Shown here piece by piece: positions 28,224-39,632 of a stretch of DNA of 47,818 bases; positions within the stretch are counted from its first letter, which is position 1; the number at the start of each line of letters is the position of its first letter. A model generated the notes under the pieces. It searched no databases and was not told the origin of the DNA. It saw only the letters and a list, made by a program, of their open reading frames with translations. Position numbers and translations under genes: made by a program. The stretch spans positions 1 through 47,818 of the forward strand of contig JAUCBJ010005614.1 of the NCBI GenBank assembly GCA_032718475.1, written 5' to 3'. The DNA is from Nemertoderma westbladi. Lineage: Eukaryota; Animalia; Xenacoelomorpha.

Positions 28224-28325
28224 TGTGGGGCGAGACACGAATGGCGAGCCATCAGCGAACTGATATACTGTAATTATACTATGGCCGTTTTTCAAAAGTC
28301 TCTGTGTGTGTATGTGTGTGTGTGA
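28224..28325 (-). mobile_element. Second terminal copy of the same element
   Basis: TGTGGGGCGAGACACGAATGGCGAGCCATCAGCGAACTGATATA...ATTATACTATGGCCGTTTTTCAAAAGTCT(GT)n is near identical to 26596-26700. Confidence 0.75.
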
Positions 28326-29340
28326 CAACAAGGCATGAACAAGGGCAGCCGTGCCCAATAATATTTCTTGAAGTTGTACATTACTAAAATGGCAGCTAAA
28401 GCTAAAGTCATTGACCAAGCCAGTGCCTAGGCTAGCACACAAGGACATGGCCTAACCTGTAGTAGTCTAGTAGAGGAATAGCGCTCCTTCAATACATCTC
28501 AACAGACATCAATTCATTTGCCTGTGCCTACCATAACATAACATATATGCTTGATTTCCAATCACCTCTCACCACAATTATTATTAGTAATTAAAAGTTT
28601 CAATTCGATTTGTCTTTCCGTTATCTGGTTATTCAGTTATTGCATTATTAATAAATAAATGTTTAAAAATATATCTTAGGCCAGTATTGGTTGACAGAAG
28701 GAGATACGCAATGCGTATCCCATTGCGCCTCATAATAGCCTCTCGTCAACAAGTCAACCCCACCGACTAGCGGCACTGGCTGTTTCAGCTAACGGGGCTC
28801 TGTCGAAAAACGCGTCCCTGATGCAGTAAGGGCCCTCTTTTGAGGAGCAAAATTATTATTGCCGCGGAACTGCTTCTACTCTAGGCCAGACCTAGCCAGA
28901 AGTAGAATCCTCACCAACCATCAACACGAATAGATGAATCTGACACTTGCCCCAACACACCCCCCCCCCCCCCCCCCCCCCCGCCCCAATGACGCAGAGG
29001 CAGACCAACAACACTCCTCTTCACCTCTACCGATGTCGGAGAGTAAAAAAATACCACGCATTATAGAATACAGGATAAGTTTGATCCAAGCAATGCAACG
29101 AAACCTGTAAGTTAGAAAATGCATGGTCCCAATATTTGCAAAATAATTACAAAGTCCTAGTCCGAGTGGCCCACACCCGCTCAGGTGTGCCCACTGCGGA
29201 TCTTCCGTAGTAAACCAATTTGGTCAGGTCAAATCCAAACATTCACTGGAGATCACCCAATGGGGCGCTATGTGAAATACCGTGCAGACACGATGATGAA
29301 ATATATCTTACGAAATATGGTTAATAATTAAAACGTGTCG

Positions 29341-29890
29341 CTAACATTCTCGCTGTGGGGGTTTTAAGGGGTGCTGATTACATTTCTGATGTCAGTTTTC
29401 ACGTTTACATAAATCTAGTCTGTCTGTTTGTCGGTAATTCTGTTAGTCAGTCTGTCAAAACATAAAAAATAATTCAAATTAACTAACATTCTCGCTATGG
29501 GGGTTTTAAGGGGTGCTGATTTCATTTCTGATGTCAGTTTTCAGGTTTACATTAATCTAGTTTGTCGGATTGTCGGTCTTTCTGACAGTCAGTCAGTCTG
29601 TCAAAACTTTAAAAAGAATACAAACTAACTAACATTCTCGTTATGGGGGTTTTAATGGGTGCTGATTTCATTTCAGATGTCAGTTTTCACGTTTAATAAA
29701 TCTAGTCTGTCTGGCTGTTGGTCTGTCGGTCTTTCTGTCAGTCAGTCTGTCAAAACTTAAGAAAGTATACTAACTAACCAACATTCCCGCTATGGGGGTG
29801 TTAAGGGTTGCTGATTTCATTTCTGATGTCAGTTTACACGTTTACATAAATCCAGTCTGTCTGTCTGTCGGTCTTACTGTCAGTCTGTAC
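29341..29890. repeat. ~145-bp tandem repeat, about four units
   Basis: Units start at ~29341, 29483, 29629 and 29778 (C.AACATTC.CG.T.TGGGG...GCTGATT.CATTTC.GATGTCAG). Length varies in a GTCT/GTCA tract. Confidence 0.92.
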
Positions 29891-30068
29891 TACTGTACTG
29901 TGGTTGGCATTACGCCATATATCTAACATTGATAATACAGTCTACAATAAAGCCTATCCTATCTACAGTACAGAATGGATTTTTTGCCATGAAGAGCACT
30001 AAATGTCTTTAATACTATCCACCAGTATACCTAGACCAAGAGCCTTCCAATAAAACATGTATTGCAGC

Positions 30069-30140
30069 ATGACGTCCACTGCATGTCTTAGTGTTGTCCA
30101 TGGTGACATGCACTGGACGTCATAGGCTCTAAGGGGTTAA
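30069..30140. mobile_element. piggyBac-like terminus with a subterminal 19-bp inverted repeat
   Basis: ATGACGTCCACTGCATGTC / GACATGCACTGGACGTCAT (one mismatch), then ...AAGGGG|TTAA. No partner end was identified. Confidence 0.45.
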
Positions 30141-30519
30141 GCAACACGGTCCCTACTTCGTCTGTCGACACCCCAGCCATTTTTCACCAATCATTTTTTA
30201 GAGTTTTTAAATTTTTTTGTTATTGGTGAAAGTTCTAGAACATTAGTAGATATGTTCTTTATGATAGCTACCGGTAGTGTTTTTTGCTAGCTAGTATTTT
30301 TAGAAATTATAAAAAATGTGAAAGTCCATGATATTTCAGGTTAAACTGTTGAAGAATATATTAATGACCAAAATAATTTCCAAAAATTACTAGCTAGTAA
30401 AAAATACTAGCTATATACCATAAAAAATCTACTAAGGTTCTAGAACATTCACTAATATAAAAAAGCAATCAAAATCACAAAGAAATAAAAGTTAAAAAAC
30501 TCATTCGGGACACTTTTGC
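30141..30519. mobile_element. TTAA-flanked palindromic MITE (Kolobok-like)
   Basis: TTAA|GCAACACGGTCCC ... GGGACACTTTTGC|TTAA (10/13 inverted match). The internal arms are also inverted (GTTCTAGAAC.TTAGTAGAT, CTAGCTAGTA). Confidence 0.7.
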
Positions 30520-32549
30520 TTAAGGAGTCAAAATTGTAGAAAAAATTACCGAAGTTTGCGACGTTTGCGAAATGCGCGACGTTTGCGAAATTCGCGAAGA
30601 ATCCGTCAGTTTCTGTGCCCTAATGGGTTCGTGCCAAAACAATCAAATCTTACACACTTAACACACACGAACTAATTTAAAGTGGGTATTAGTATGCCTG
30701 AATAATTACATAGAAATTAAGTTAATGAACGCTATTTCAACATGAAATCTACGGAATCAATACACAACACACGCACACTACTGAATTTAAAAATTTATAT
30801 AGATTTCAACTTATATTTGCCTACCTTTTAATGTGTGACTAATTTAATTATTCAACCCTATATATTTGTAGCCTTTTTAATTTGTGCCTTTAATTGAATC
30901 AAACATTAAACTAAAATATATGTCACAATATTGGTCTGTCTGTAGCTGCTCAATGAATCCCTCATAAATTTGTTAATTAGTCGCTGTTCATTCATTGAAC
31001 ATTTTAACACGTGCTGCTCGAAGACCCCACAACGTGTAACATTCATGTCATACATTGCGTAAATCGAAATTATACGAGCTCTATGAGCTCTATTGATTGA
31101 TTGATTGATTGATTGATTGGCATTTGGTTCAGTGGTGGGTTGTGTATAAATGGTCCGCCCGCGAAGGGGTGGTTCGGTTAAATTCAAATCTGAGCGTAAT
31201 CCGTACCTCTGCTTGAGACTGTAACTAAGGATGTAACGGTTCCCCATAATTGATCATTTAACATTGAGACGAGATTGAGATTAATTGGCCGAGATGGGTT
31301 AGGCATTATCCCCACCCCCTCCATCTCTATTATAGATGAGATTAGATGTTTTGTTACAAGATAAACTTTTATAATTATAGGTTTACAACTGTTGTCTGAG
31401 TTTTCCAACAAGTTTATAGAGAAATTTAACTGCTATTGATAAATCAAAATGTAATCTATGGCCATAACCTTGAGATTTAGGTTGGGTTCAAAGTTCAAAT
31501 TTGCGTACTTATAATTCCAATCGACAAAGTTCTCTGATTTTTTTTAGATTTGGAAGGAGAGTAAAAAGGTATAGGTAAATTTTAGAAACTTCAATTTGTT
31601 AATTTTCCGTTTTAATTTTTCGTAAAATACAAAATACAATAACAAAAATCTTGATCTTTCATTGGACAACTTGAATTGTTGACACATACCGAGCTGTATA
31701 AATGAGCTTCACAGATTCTGATTTGTTGAAATATTGTACCACCATCTGTTAAAGTTTCTACCATACTAATGTATTACTATAAATACATTGTAAAGGAAAA
31801 TAACACAGAGTCAAATTCCGATTAAGAAATTAAATAATCTCACAATTAGTGATTAAAACTGGGAAATCGAAAAATATCGTGTTTTTTATCATTGGTTAAT
31901 GATAATTCAAATTTGTAATTATTATCATGGCAACGGGATTATGGATAACCGTTTATTCCAATATCAGATTTACACATTGTCAGATTTATAGCGGTCAAGA
32001 TGGAAAATGTGTAGACCTCCAGACACCATTAGTTCAGTTCAGTCTGTATGACTAAACCTTAAACATCCTCGATCCCATTAATTTGTTTTATTTCACGTAC
32101 TGTGCGAAGAATAGTGTATACTACTGTACTTCCTGTGCATTATTGATTATTGATATTATCATTATATTTAATAGAATCCAATCACATGGTAAAAATATAG
32201 GTTAAATTATGTTAAAAAAGCGTCCCCACCCCACCCCCTTCGGCTTAGTAGTATTTATAGCAACCAATAGACGCGTCGTTGCTATGTGGGTACTGCTACT
32301 TGTTGCTAGTTACGTTTGTATGTGGCTTGTTTTCCTCTTCCTTGCCAACTAACTCCTTTGATAGGTAAACAAATGAATATCTTGATATCGATAATATCAA
32401 TGAATATCGACATCGTTTATACTGCCTAAAATAATTTAATTTGAATTATTCCATTAAATAGTTTGTAAATAGTTCCAGTTGAAACTTACTATACTACATC
32501 CTACGTAGTCCTTAATCGGATTAGTAATTCCCCAGCCTTCTTACAACAA

Positions 32550-34325
32550 ATGTCTAACCAGGTTTCTGAAACGGATTTGGACGTTCTCAACCCCGACCTA
32601 ACGCACAGACAGAGACTCTTCCTAGTCCCCGGGTGTAACAACGTAATCGCGGTATTGAACGGCTCATTCGCACCTGTACACAATGGGCATGAACAGATGT
32701 TGGAACTCGTTAAGGACTACTTCGAGGAAGAGTTGGATGAGTCCAATATTATTCACGAGGGAAGATGGTTCCTCTCCGAGGACGTTGGGTTAGGTTTCGC
32801 CTGCCTCACATTGGCCCACGACGCCAGTCTACGGAAGAAGATACGAGGAACAATCGTATCCACGCGAGACCCTACTTTGTTACCATGGCAGCTGCGAGTA
32901 AGAATGTGCACTCTGGTTGCCCGTCAGTTCGATTGGGTGTACGTTGACCTCCACCAGGTGTCTAGCGAGCGGCCTTCTGGAATAGTTCACACAATGACTC
33001 ATCTACGAGCCGAACTCGCTAAATATTTCCCACGGTACCGGTTGAGTTTAGTTTCAGTTTGCGGGGTGGACAGTCTCCCTAGACTGAGGAAGCATTTAGG
33101 CAATGGAACTCCGGTAATTTGTGCAGTTAACAGACAGCACAAATTAGATGTTCGCAAATTTGTTGAACACTTAGACGATGCGGCGAAAGATGAATTGCTC
33201 ATAATAGAGAAAATTCCGTTGGTTGAAGTTACTTCTACCGCGATTAGAGCTAAGTACAGCGGCGGTGGGGATAGTTGGGAGGACTTTATAGATGAACCTG
33301 TGGTCCAATATCATAAATCGATGGGAATTATCTACCCAAAAAATCAACCAAGAAATAGGGTGACCGTGTCACCGCGGGAATCGAGTAATTGTGCATCGCA
33401 AACTAATAAGGGCGTTGCTAGATCATCGTTGGTGCGTCTATGGTGGGACTCTTATAAATTGAAACTATCTAACTTAGACCTTGTAGTAGACGATTTGTCG
33501 GGCGAATTAAAGATAGCATGCCCGGAAGTGCGAATTGGTTACGGCAGGGGAGGGCCCACACTTTTAGGCCGTTTCGGGTCTGAAAATGTTACCATTAAAT
33601 GTTTCGGGTTTAAATCAAAATCAAAGAAACGCCAAATCGAAAGTTTAGAACGACAGACAGACACCCACGGTTTATTGACCCACCCAAATATAATTAGACT
33701 CTTAGCCATCGGGCCAATAACCAAAACGAACGGGGAACAGATGTTTGTGCATGTTATGCAATTAGCAGAAACATCATTGGGTATATTTTCGCGTGGAAAT
33801 AGTTTAACAGAGCCATTCCCCAACTGGGAGTGGATTTGTCTGTACGGGGATATAGCTACCGGTATGGACTTCCTGCACAGTAAGGATATATTGCATCGCG
33901 ACCTGACGTCCGACAATGTGTTACTCCGCCGTGACACCTACCGGTACCGCGCTTACATTTCAGACTTTACGGTGGCGCACCACCGCCACACCCGAGTCCG
34001 TGTCCCTCGGGGCAGCTGTCGCCATTACCCACCCGAGTCGCTACTGCCCATCGACAAGGTGTTTACTTACCTCCCCAAGAGCGATGTTTACATGTTCTCT
34101 ACATTGATGTACGAAACAAGCCATTCTATAAGCTACTTCACCCATCTTACCACTAATGAATGCTGTGAGGCTGTGTTAAGGGGCGAACGTCCCACTCTCA
34201 CTCGGGGCACCTTAGCTAACTGGTGTCGGGTACTCATAGATGGATGTTGGGAGCAGGACACCTACGGTAGACCTAGTTTCTTGGAAATTCGGAAGGTATT
34301 AATTTCTCATGGATTTGATATGTAA
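32550..34325 (+). CDS. NMNAT/NadD-like (HxGH) nucleotidyltransferase fused to a TKL-like protein kinase, single exon, 591 aa
   Basis: N-half: GSFAPVHNGH, R.RMC.L....DWVYVD, VCGVDSL, EVTSTAIR and V.QY. C-half: IGYGRGG, VTIK, HPNII, GMDFLH..ILHRDLTSDNVLL, SDFT, RHYPPE, SDVYMF and CW..D...RPSF. Confidence 0.9.
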   Translation: MSNQVSETDLDVLNPDLTHRQRLFLVPGCNNVIAVLNGSFAPVHNGHEQMLELVKDYFEEELDESNIIHEGRWFLSEDVGLGFACLTLAHDASLRKKIRGTIVSTRDPTLLPWQLRVRMCTLVARQFDWVYVDLHQVSSERPSGIVHTMTHLRAELAKYFPRYRLSLVSVCGVDSLPRLRKHLGNGTPVICAVNRQHKLDVRKFVEHLDDAAKDELLIIEKIPLVEVTSTAIRAKYSGGGDSWEDFIDEPVVQYHKSMGIIYPKNQPRNRVTVSPRESSNCASQTNKGVARSSLVRLWWDSYKLKLSNLDLVVDDLSGELKIACPEVRIGYGRGGPTLLGRFGSENVTIKCFGFKSKSKKRQIESLERQTDTHGLLTHPNIIRLLAIGPITKTNGEQMFVHVMQLAETSLGIFSRGNSLTEPFPNWEWICLYGDIATGMDFLHSKDILHRDLTSDNVLLRRDTYRYRAYISDFTVAHHRHTRVRVPRGSCRHYPPESLLPIDKVFTYLPKSDVYMFSTLMYETSHSISYFTHLTTNECCEAVLRGERPTLTRGTLANWCRVLIDGCWEQDTYGRPSFLEIRKVLISHGFDM

Positions 34326-34455
34326 AATGTAGAAAAACCGGCAGATAGCCATATCTTTGGACATTTTCTGATATATTTATTATTTTATAGAATAAATATA
34401 TAAATATTATAGTCCTTTATTAGTAGATAGACAAAAGGTTATTTTTGGTATACAA

Positions 34456-34703
34456 AAGTTAACAGACCGAAGGAATGCTAATTGTTTACTTTATTTCTAC
34501 AAAATTGTCAATGGCATTGCACCTAACTACCTTTCACGGCTACTGCCACCATCAGTTGGCGAGGCCAGTCATCACAGATATCCATTGCGAAACGCCCTTG
34601 ACATATCTCTAATACAAACACGCAAATAATTATATAACAAATCCTTCTTTCCTGCAACAATAAGAAGCTGGAACATTTTTCCTATTTCACAACGTCAATT
34701 GCC
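34456..34703 (+). mobile_element. CR1-like LINE ORF2 C-terminal fragment
   Basis: Translates LTDRR...LLYFYKIVNGIAPNYLSRLLP...YPLRN...RK*LYNKSFFPATIRSWN, with one stop. Confidence 0.8.
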
Positions 34704-34713
34704 GGATGGCGCA

Positions 34714-37342
34714 GGATTCGGCACCTCAGTGTATCTGCGGCCTGTAGTGTGTGTGGTGAAATAGAGGATTCGGCACCTCAGTGTATCTGGGGCCTGTAGT
34801 GGGTGTGGTGAAATAGAGGGTTCGGCACCTCAGTGTATCTGCGGCCTGTAGTGGGCGTGGTGAAATAGAGGATTCGGAACCTCAGTGTATCTGCGGCCTG
34901 TAGTGGGTGTGGTGAAATAGAGGATTCGGCACCTCAGTGTATCTGCGGCCTGTTGTAGTGAGTGTGGTGAAATGGAGGATTCGGCACCTCAGTGTATCTG
35001 CGGCCTGTTGTAGTGAGTGTGGTGAAATGGAGGATTCGGCACCTCAGTGTATCTGGGGCCTGTAGTGGGTGTGGTGAAATAGAGGGTTCGGCACCTCAGT
35101 GTATCTGCGGCCTGTAGTGGGCGTGGTGAAATAGAGGATTCGGAACCTCAGTGTATCTGCGGCCTGTAGTGGGTGTGGTGAAATAGAGGATTCGGCACCT
35201 CAGTGTATCTGCGGCCTGTAGTGGGTGTGGTGAAATAGAGGATTCGGCACCTCAGTATATCTGCGGCCTGTAGTGGGTGTGGTGAAATAGAGGATTCGGC
35301 ACCTCAGTGTATCTGCGGCCTGTAGTGGGTGTGGTGAAATAGATGATTCGGCACCTCAGTGTATCTGCGGTCTGTTGTAGTGGGTGTGGTGAAATAGAGG
35401 ATTTGGCACCTCAGTGTATCTGCGGCCTGTAGTGGGTGTGGTGAAATAGAGGATTCGGCACCTCAGTGTATCTGCGGCCTGTAGTGGGTGTGGTGAAATA
35501 GAGGATTCGGTACCTCAGTGTATCTGCGGCCTGTAGTGGATGTGGTGAAATAGAGGATTCGGCACCTCAGTGTATCTGCAGCCTGTAGTGGTTGTGGTGA
35601 AATAGATGATTCGGCACCTCAGTGTATCTGCGGTCTGTTGTAGTGGGTGTGGTGAAATAGAGGATTTGGCACCTCAGTGTATCTGCGGCCTGTAGTGGGT
35701 GTGGTGAAATAGAGGATTCGGCACCTCAGTGTATCTGCCGCCTGTAGTGGGTGTGGTGAAATAGAGGATTCGGTACCTCAGTGTATCTGCGGCCTGTAGT
35801 GGATGTGGTGAAATAGAGGATTCGGCACCTCAGTGTATCTGCGGCCTGTAGTGGGTGTGGTGAAATAGAGGATTCGGAACCTCAGTGTATCTGCGGCCTG
35901 TAGTGGGTGTGGTGAAATAGAGGATTCGGCACCTCAGTGTATCTGCGGCCTGTAGTGGGTGTGGTGAAATGGAGGATTCGGCACCTAAGTGTATCTGCGG
36001 CCTGTAGTGGGTGTGGTGAAATAGAGGATTCGGCACCTCAGTGTATCTGCGGTCTGTTGTAGTGGGTGTGGTGAAATAGAGGATTTGGCACCTCAGTGTA
36101 TCTGCGGCCTGTAGTGGGTGTGGTGAAATAGAGGATTCGGCACCTAAGTGTATCTGCGGCCTGTAGTGGGTGTGGTGAAATAGAGGATTCGGCACCTCAG
36201 TGTATCTGCGGCCTGTAGTGGATGTGGTGAAATAGAGGATTCGGCACCTCAGTGTATCTGCAGCCTGTAGTGGTTGTGGTGAAATAGAGGATTCGGCACC
36301 TAAGTGTATCTGCGGCCTGTAGTGGATGTGGTGAAATAGAGGATTCGGCACCTCAGTGTATCTGCAGCCTGTAGTGGTTGTGGTGAAATAGAGGATTCGG
36401 CACCTAAGTGTATCTGCGGCCTGTAGTGGGTGTGGTGAAATAGAGGATTCGGCACCTCAGTGTATCTGCGGCCTGTTGTAGTGGGTGTAGTGAAATAGAG
36501 GATTCGGCACCTCAGTGTATCTGCGGCATGTAGTGGGTGTGGTGAAATAGAGGATTCGGCACCTAAGTGTATCTGCGGCCTGTAGTGGGTGTGGTGAAAT
36601 AGAGGATTCGGCACCTCAGTGTATCTGCGGCCTGTTGTAGTGGGTGTAGTGAAATAGAGGATTCGGCACCTCAGTGTATCTGCGGCATGTAGTGGGTGTG
36701 GTGAAATAGAGGATTCGGCACCTCAGTGTATCTGCGGCATGTAGTGGGTGTGGTGAAATAGAGGATTCGGCACCTAAGTGTATCTGCGGCCTGTAGTGGG
36801 TGTGGTGAAATAGAGGATTCGGCACCTCAGTGTATCTGCGGCCTGTAGTGGGTGTAGTGAAATAGAGGATTCGGCACCTCAGTGTATCTGCGGCGTGTAG
36901 TGGGTGTGGTGAAATAGAGGATTCGGCACCTCAGTGTATCTGCGGCCTGTAGTGGATGTGGTGAAATAGAGGATTCGGCACCTCAGTGTATCTGCAGCCT
37001 GTAGTGGGTGTAGTGAAATAGAGGATTCGGCACCTCAGTGTATCTGCGGCGTGTAGTGGGCGTGGTGAAATAGAGGATTCGGCACCTCAGTGTATCTGCG
37101 GCGTGTAGTGGGTGTGGTGAAATAGAGGATTCGGCACCTCAGTGTATCTGCGGCCTGTAGTGGGTGTAGTGAAATAGAGGATTCGGCACCTCAGTGTATC
37201 TGCGGCGTGTAGTGGGTGTGGTGAAATAGAGGATTCGGCACCTCAGTGTATCTGCGGCCTGTAGTGGATGTGGTGAAATAGAGGATTCGGCACCTCAGTG
37301 TATCTGCGGCGTGTAGTGGGTGTGGTGAAATAGAGGATTCGG
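34714..37342. repeat. 52-bp minisatellite, about 50 units (GGATTCGGCACCTCAGTGTATCTGCGGCCTGTAGTGGGTGTGGTGAAATAGA)
   Basis: Directly visible; occasional 55-bp units carry an extra TGT. Confidence 0.98.
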
Positions 37343-37359
37343 TACCACATGTTTAAGTT

Positions 37360-37700
37360 TCTCAACTGAGTGTGCATAAATTGAAGCGTTCAATCCTCCA
37401 ATCTGAACGACAGGTGAACCCAAGTATATATATTGTGAGCAGTTCCTACAGGCTGCACTGAATATTTATTACAGTGGAGAATCAATGGTTCAAAATTATC
37501 AACAGTCTGTTGACCAAAAACCATAAACTTCGACTTTGAGGTGTTTAAAAGTATTTCGTTTAATGCACAAAATTCTAGAACACAAGTGATTTTCTTTAAA
37601 CATTCTGAGCGTGAAGTCGCTAGGATAGCCGAGTCATCCATTAGTAACAATATGTGGAGCCACTTTAGGAATTTATCGGGAGTGAATTTAGCTAATAACA
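37360..37700 (-). mobile_element. Non-LTR reverse transcriptase fragment
   Basis: LHILLLMDDSAILATSR...FC....ILLNTSKSKFMVF and, after a frameshift, YIYLG (RT motifs around the xxDD). Confidence 0.75.
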
Positions 37701-37881
37701 TAAACATTGTAGATAAACATTGTTGTGGTTAAATATGTTGATAAACATTGTATAGAAATAACAACTACACGGCCCCCCTTAAAGAACCCTTTAATTATAC
37801 TATTACGTAGCTATTCATAAACAAACAAAATGTTCTAGAATATGGTATTTTTATTTAATAGAATAAAATAGCCTCATGCAT

Positions 37882-39280
37882 ATGGCATACTTTTAGTATT
37901 TTTATTCGACATTTTAATTCCCCTTGATATTCTTCTGAATTTAGTCGCGAGATAAATGATTAAACTCGCGAGAAAATTATTAAACACGCGAGAAAATTAT
38001 TAAACTCGCGAGTTAAATGATTAAACTCGCGAGAAAATAATTAATCTCGCTAGATAAACGATTAAACGCGCGAGAAAATTATTAAACTCGCGAGATAAAT
38101 GATTAAACTCGCGAGAAAATAATTAATCTCGCAAGATAAATGATTAAACTCGCGAGAAATTAATTAATCTCGCGAGATAAATGATTAAACTCGCGAGAAA
38201 TTAATTAATCTCGCGAGATAAATGATTAAATTCGCGAGAAATTAATTAATCTCGCTAGATAAATGATTAAATTCGCGAGAAAATTAATAAACTCGCGAGT
38301 TAAATGATTAAACTCGCGAGAAAATAATTAATCTCGCGAGATAAATGATTAAATTCGCGAGAAAATTAATAAACTCGCTAGATAAATGATTAAATTCGCG
38401 AGAAAATTAATAAACTCGCGAGTTAAATGATTAAACTTGCGAGAAAATTAATAAACTCGCGAGTTAAATGATTAAACTCGCGAGAAAATAATTAATCTCG
38501 CGAAATAAAGGATTAAACTCGCGAGAAAAATAATTAAACTCGCGAGATAAATTATTAAACTCGCGAGATAAATTATTAAACTCGCGAGAAAAATACACAT
38601 TCTTAATTCACAATACGCATTCTTTAATTAAGTCTTCCAAATGGTTCACAAAGAATTCGACGGGATCGTATCCACCATCCATACCAGTTAACTGTATTAG
38701 TAGGCCTAATAGTTCTGAATTAGTGTTTCTAAGACCTCACATGAAACAGCAGTAGTAGCAGTGGCCAGTAAAATATACAACAAGTGATAAGAATACATGA
38801 TTTTCTTACGATAAAATATAACATAATAGAATCAATAATGCTGAAATGGCATTGTAATCGCTTTTAAATATAGCCCTTACTTAAATAACTAATGTGATTG
38901 GATGTTTGTTTCGTGTTGTCATAGAGAGCGCCAATCACGATTGTTCTCGTGAGATTAAATATTTTCTCGCGAGTTTAATAAATTTCTCGCGAGTTTAATC
39001 ATTTATCTCACATGATTAATAATTTTCTCGCGAGTTTAATCATTTATCTCGCGAGATTAATTAATTTCTCGCGAGTTTAATAAATTTCTCGCGAGTTTAA
39101 TCATTTATCTCGCGTGATTAATAATTTTCTCCCGAGTTTAATCATTTATCACGCGAGTTTAATAATTTTCTCGCGAGTTTAATAATTTTCTTGCGAATTT
39201 AATCATTTATCTCGCGACTAAATTCAGAAAAATATCAAGGGGAATTAAAATGTCGAATAAAAATACTAAAAGTATGTCAT
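37882..39280. mobile_element. Foldback-type element: ~65-bp outer TIRs, inverted arms of ~21-bp subrepeats, unique loop
   Basis: ATGGCATACTTTTAGTATTTTTATTCGACATTTTAATTCCCCTTGATATT... is mirrored at 39215-39280. The arms consist of AAACTCGCGAGATAAATGATT units (37945-38595) and their inverse (38943-39220). TCATGCA lies on both flanks. Confidence 0.88.
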
Positions 39281-39601
39281 TCATGCAGATGCAAAACCCT
39301 GCAATATCTGAACGTTCATATCTCAGCTAGTTTTCAATGAAATTTAGATTATGTTACATATTTGGAATCCTTACATGGCCAGCTTTCCATCAGTAGCAAC
39401 AAATCACTATAAGGTTGAAGAATAACTGGAGTGTAACTGGTAAAATATCACCGGAGCCGGAGACACCTTTTTTTAAACGCTTACGCAGTTACGCTTGTAG
39501 ATAAAGATTGAAAGCAAAAATAAAAATTCTGGCTCACCCATGGTCGGGAGGTGAAACTATCCCTGTTTCAAATTTCATGCAATCTCATTAAGATTTGTAG
39601 A

Positions 39602-39632
<31 letters not shown>

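Noticed and set aside
34714-37342. CRISPR array, or coding repeat (ORFs 35830-36825)
   Set aside because: Pure tandem units without variable spacers. The 52-bp unit is not a multiple of three, and the ORFs lack ATG starts.
5398-39632. Poly-G/poly-C runs (~5398, 13628, 15321, 21652, 28960, 39613) as a functional signal
   Set aside because: Several sit inside recognisable repeats, and homopolymer lengths are unreliable. There is no positional pattern relative to genes.
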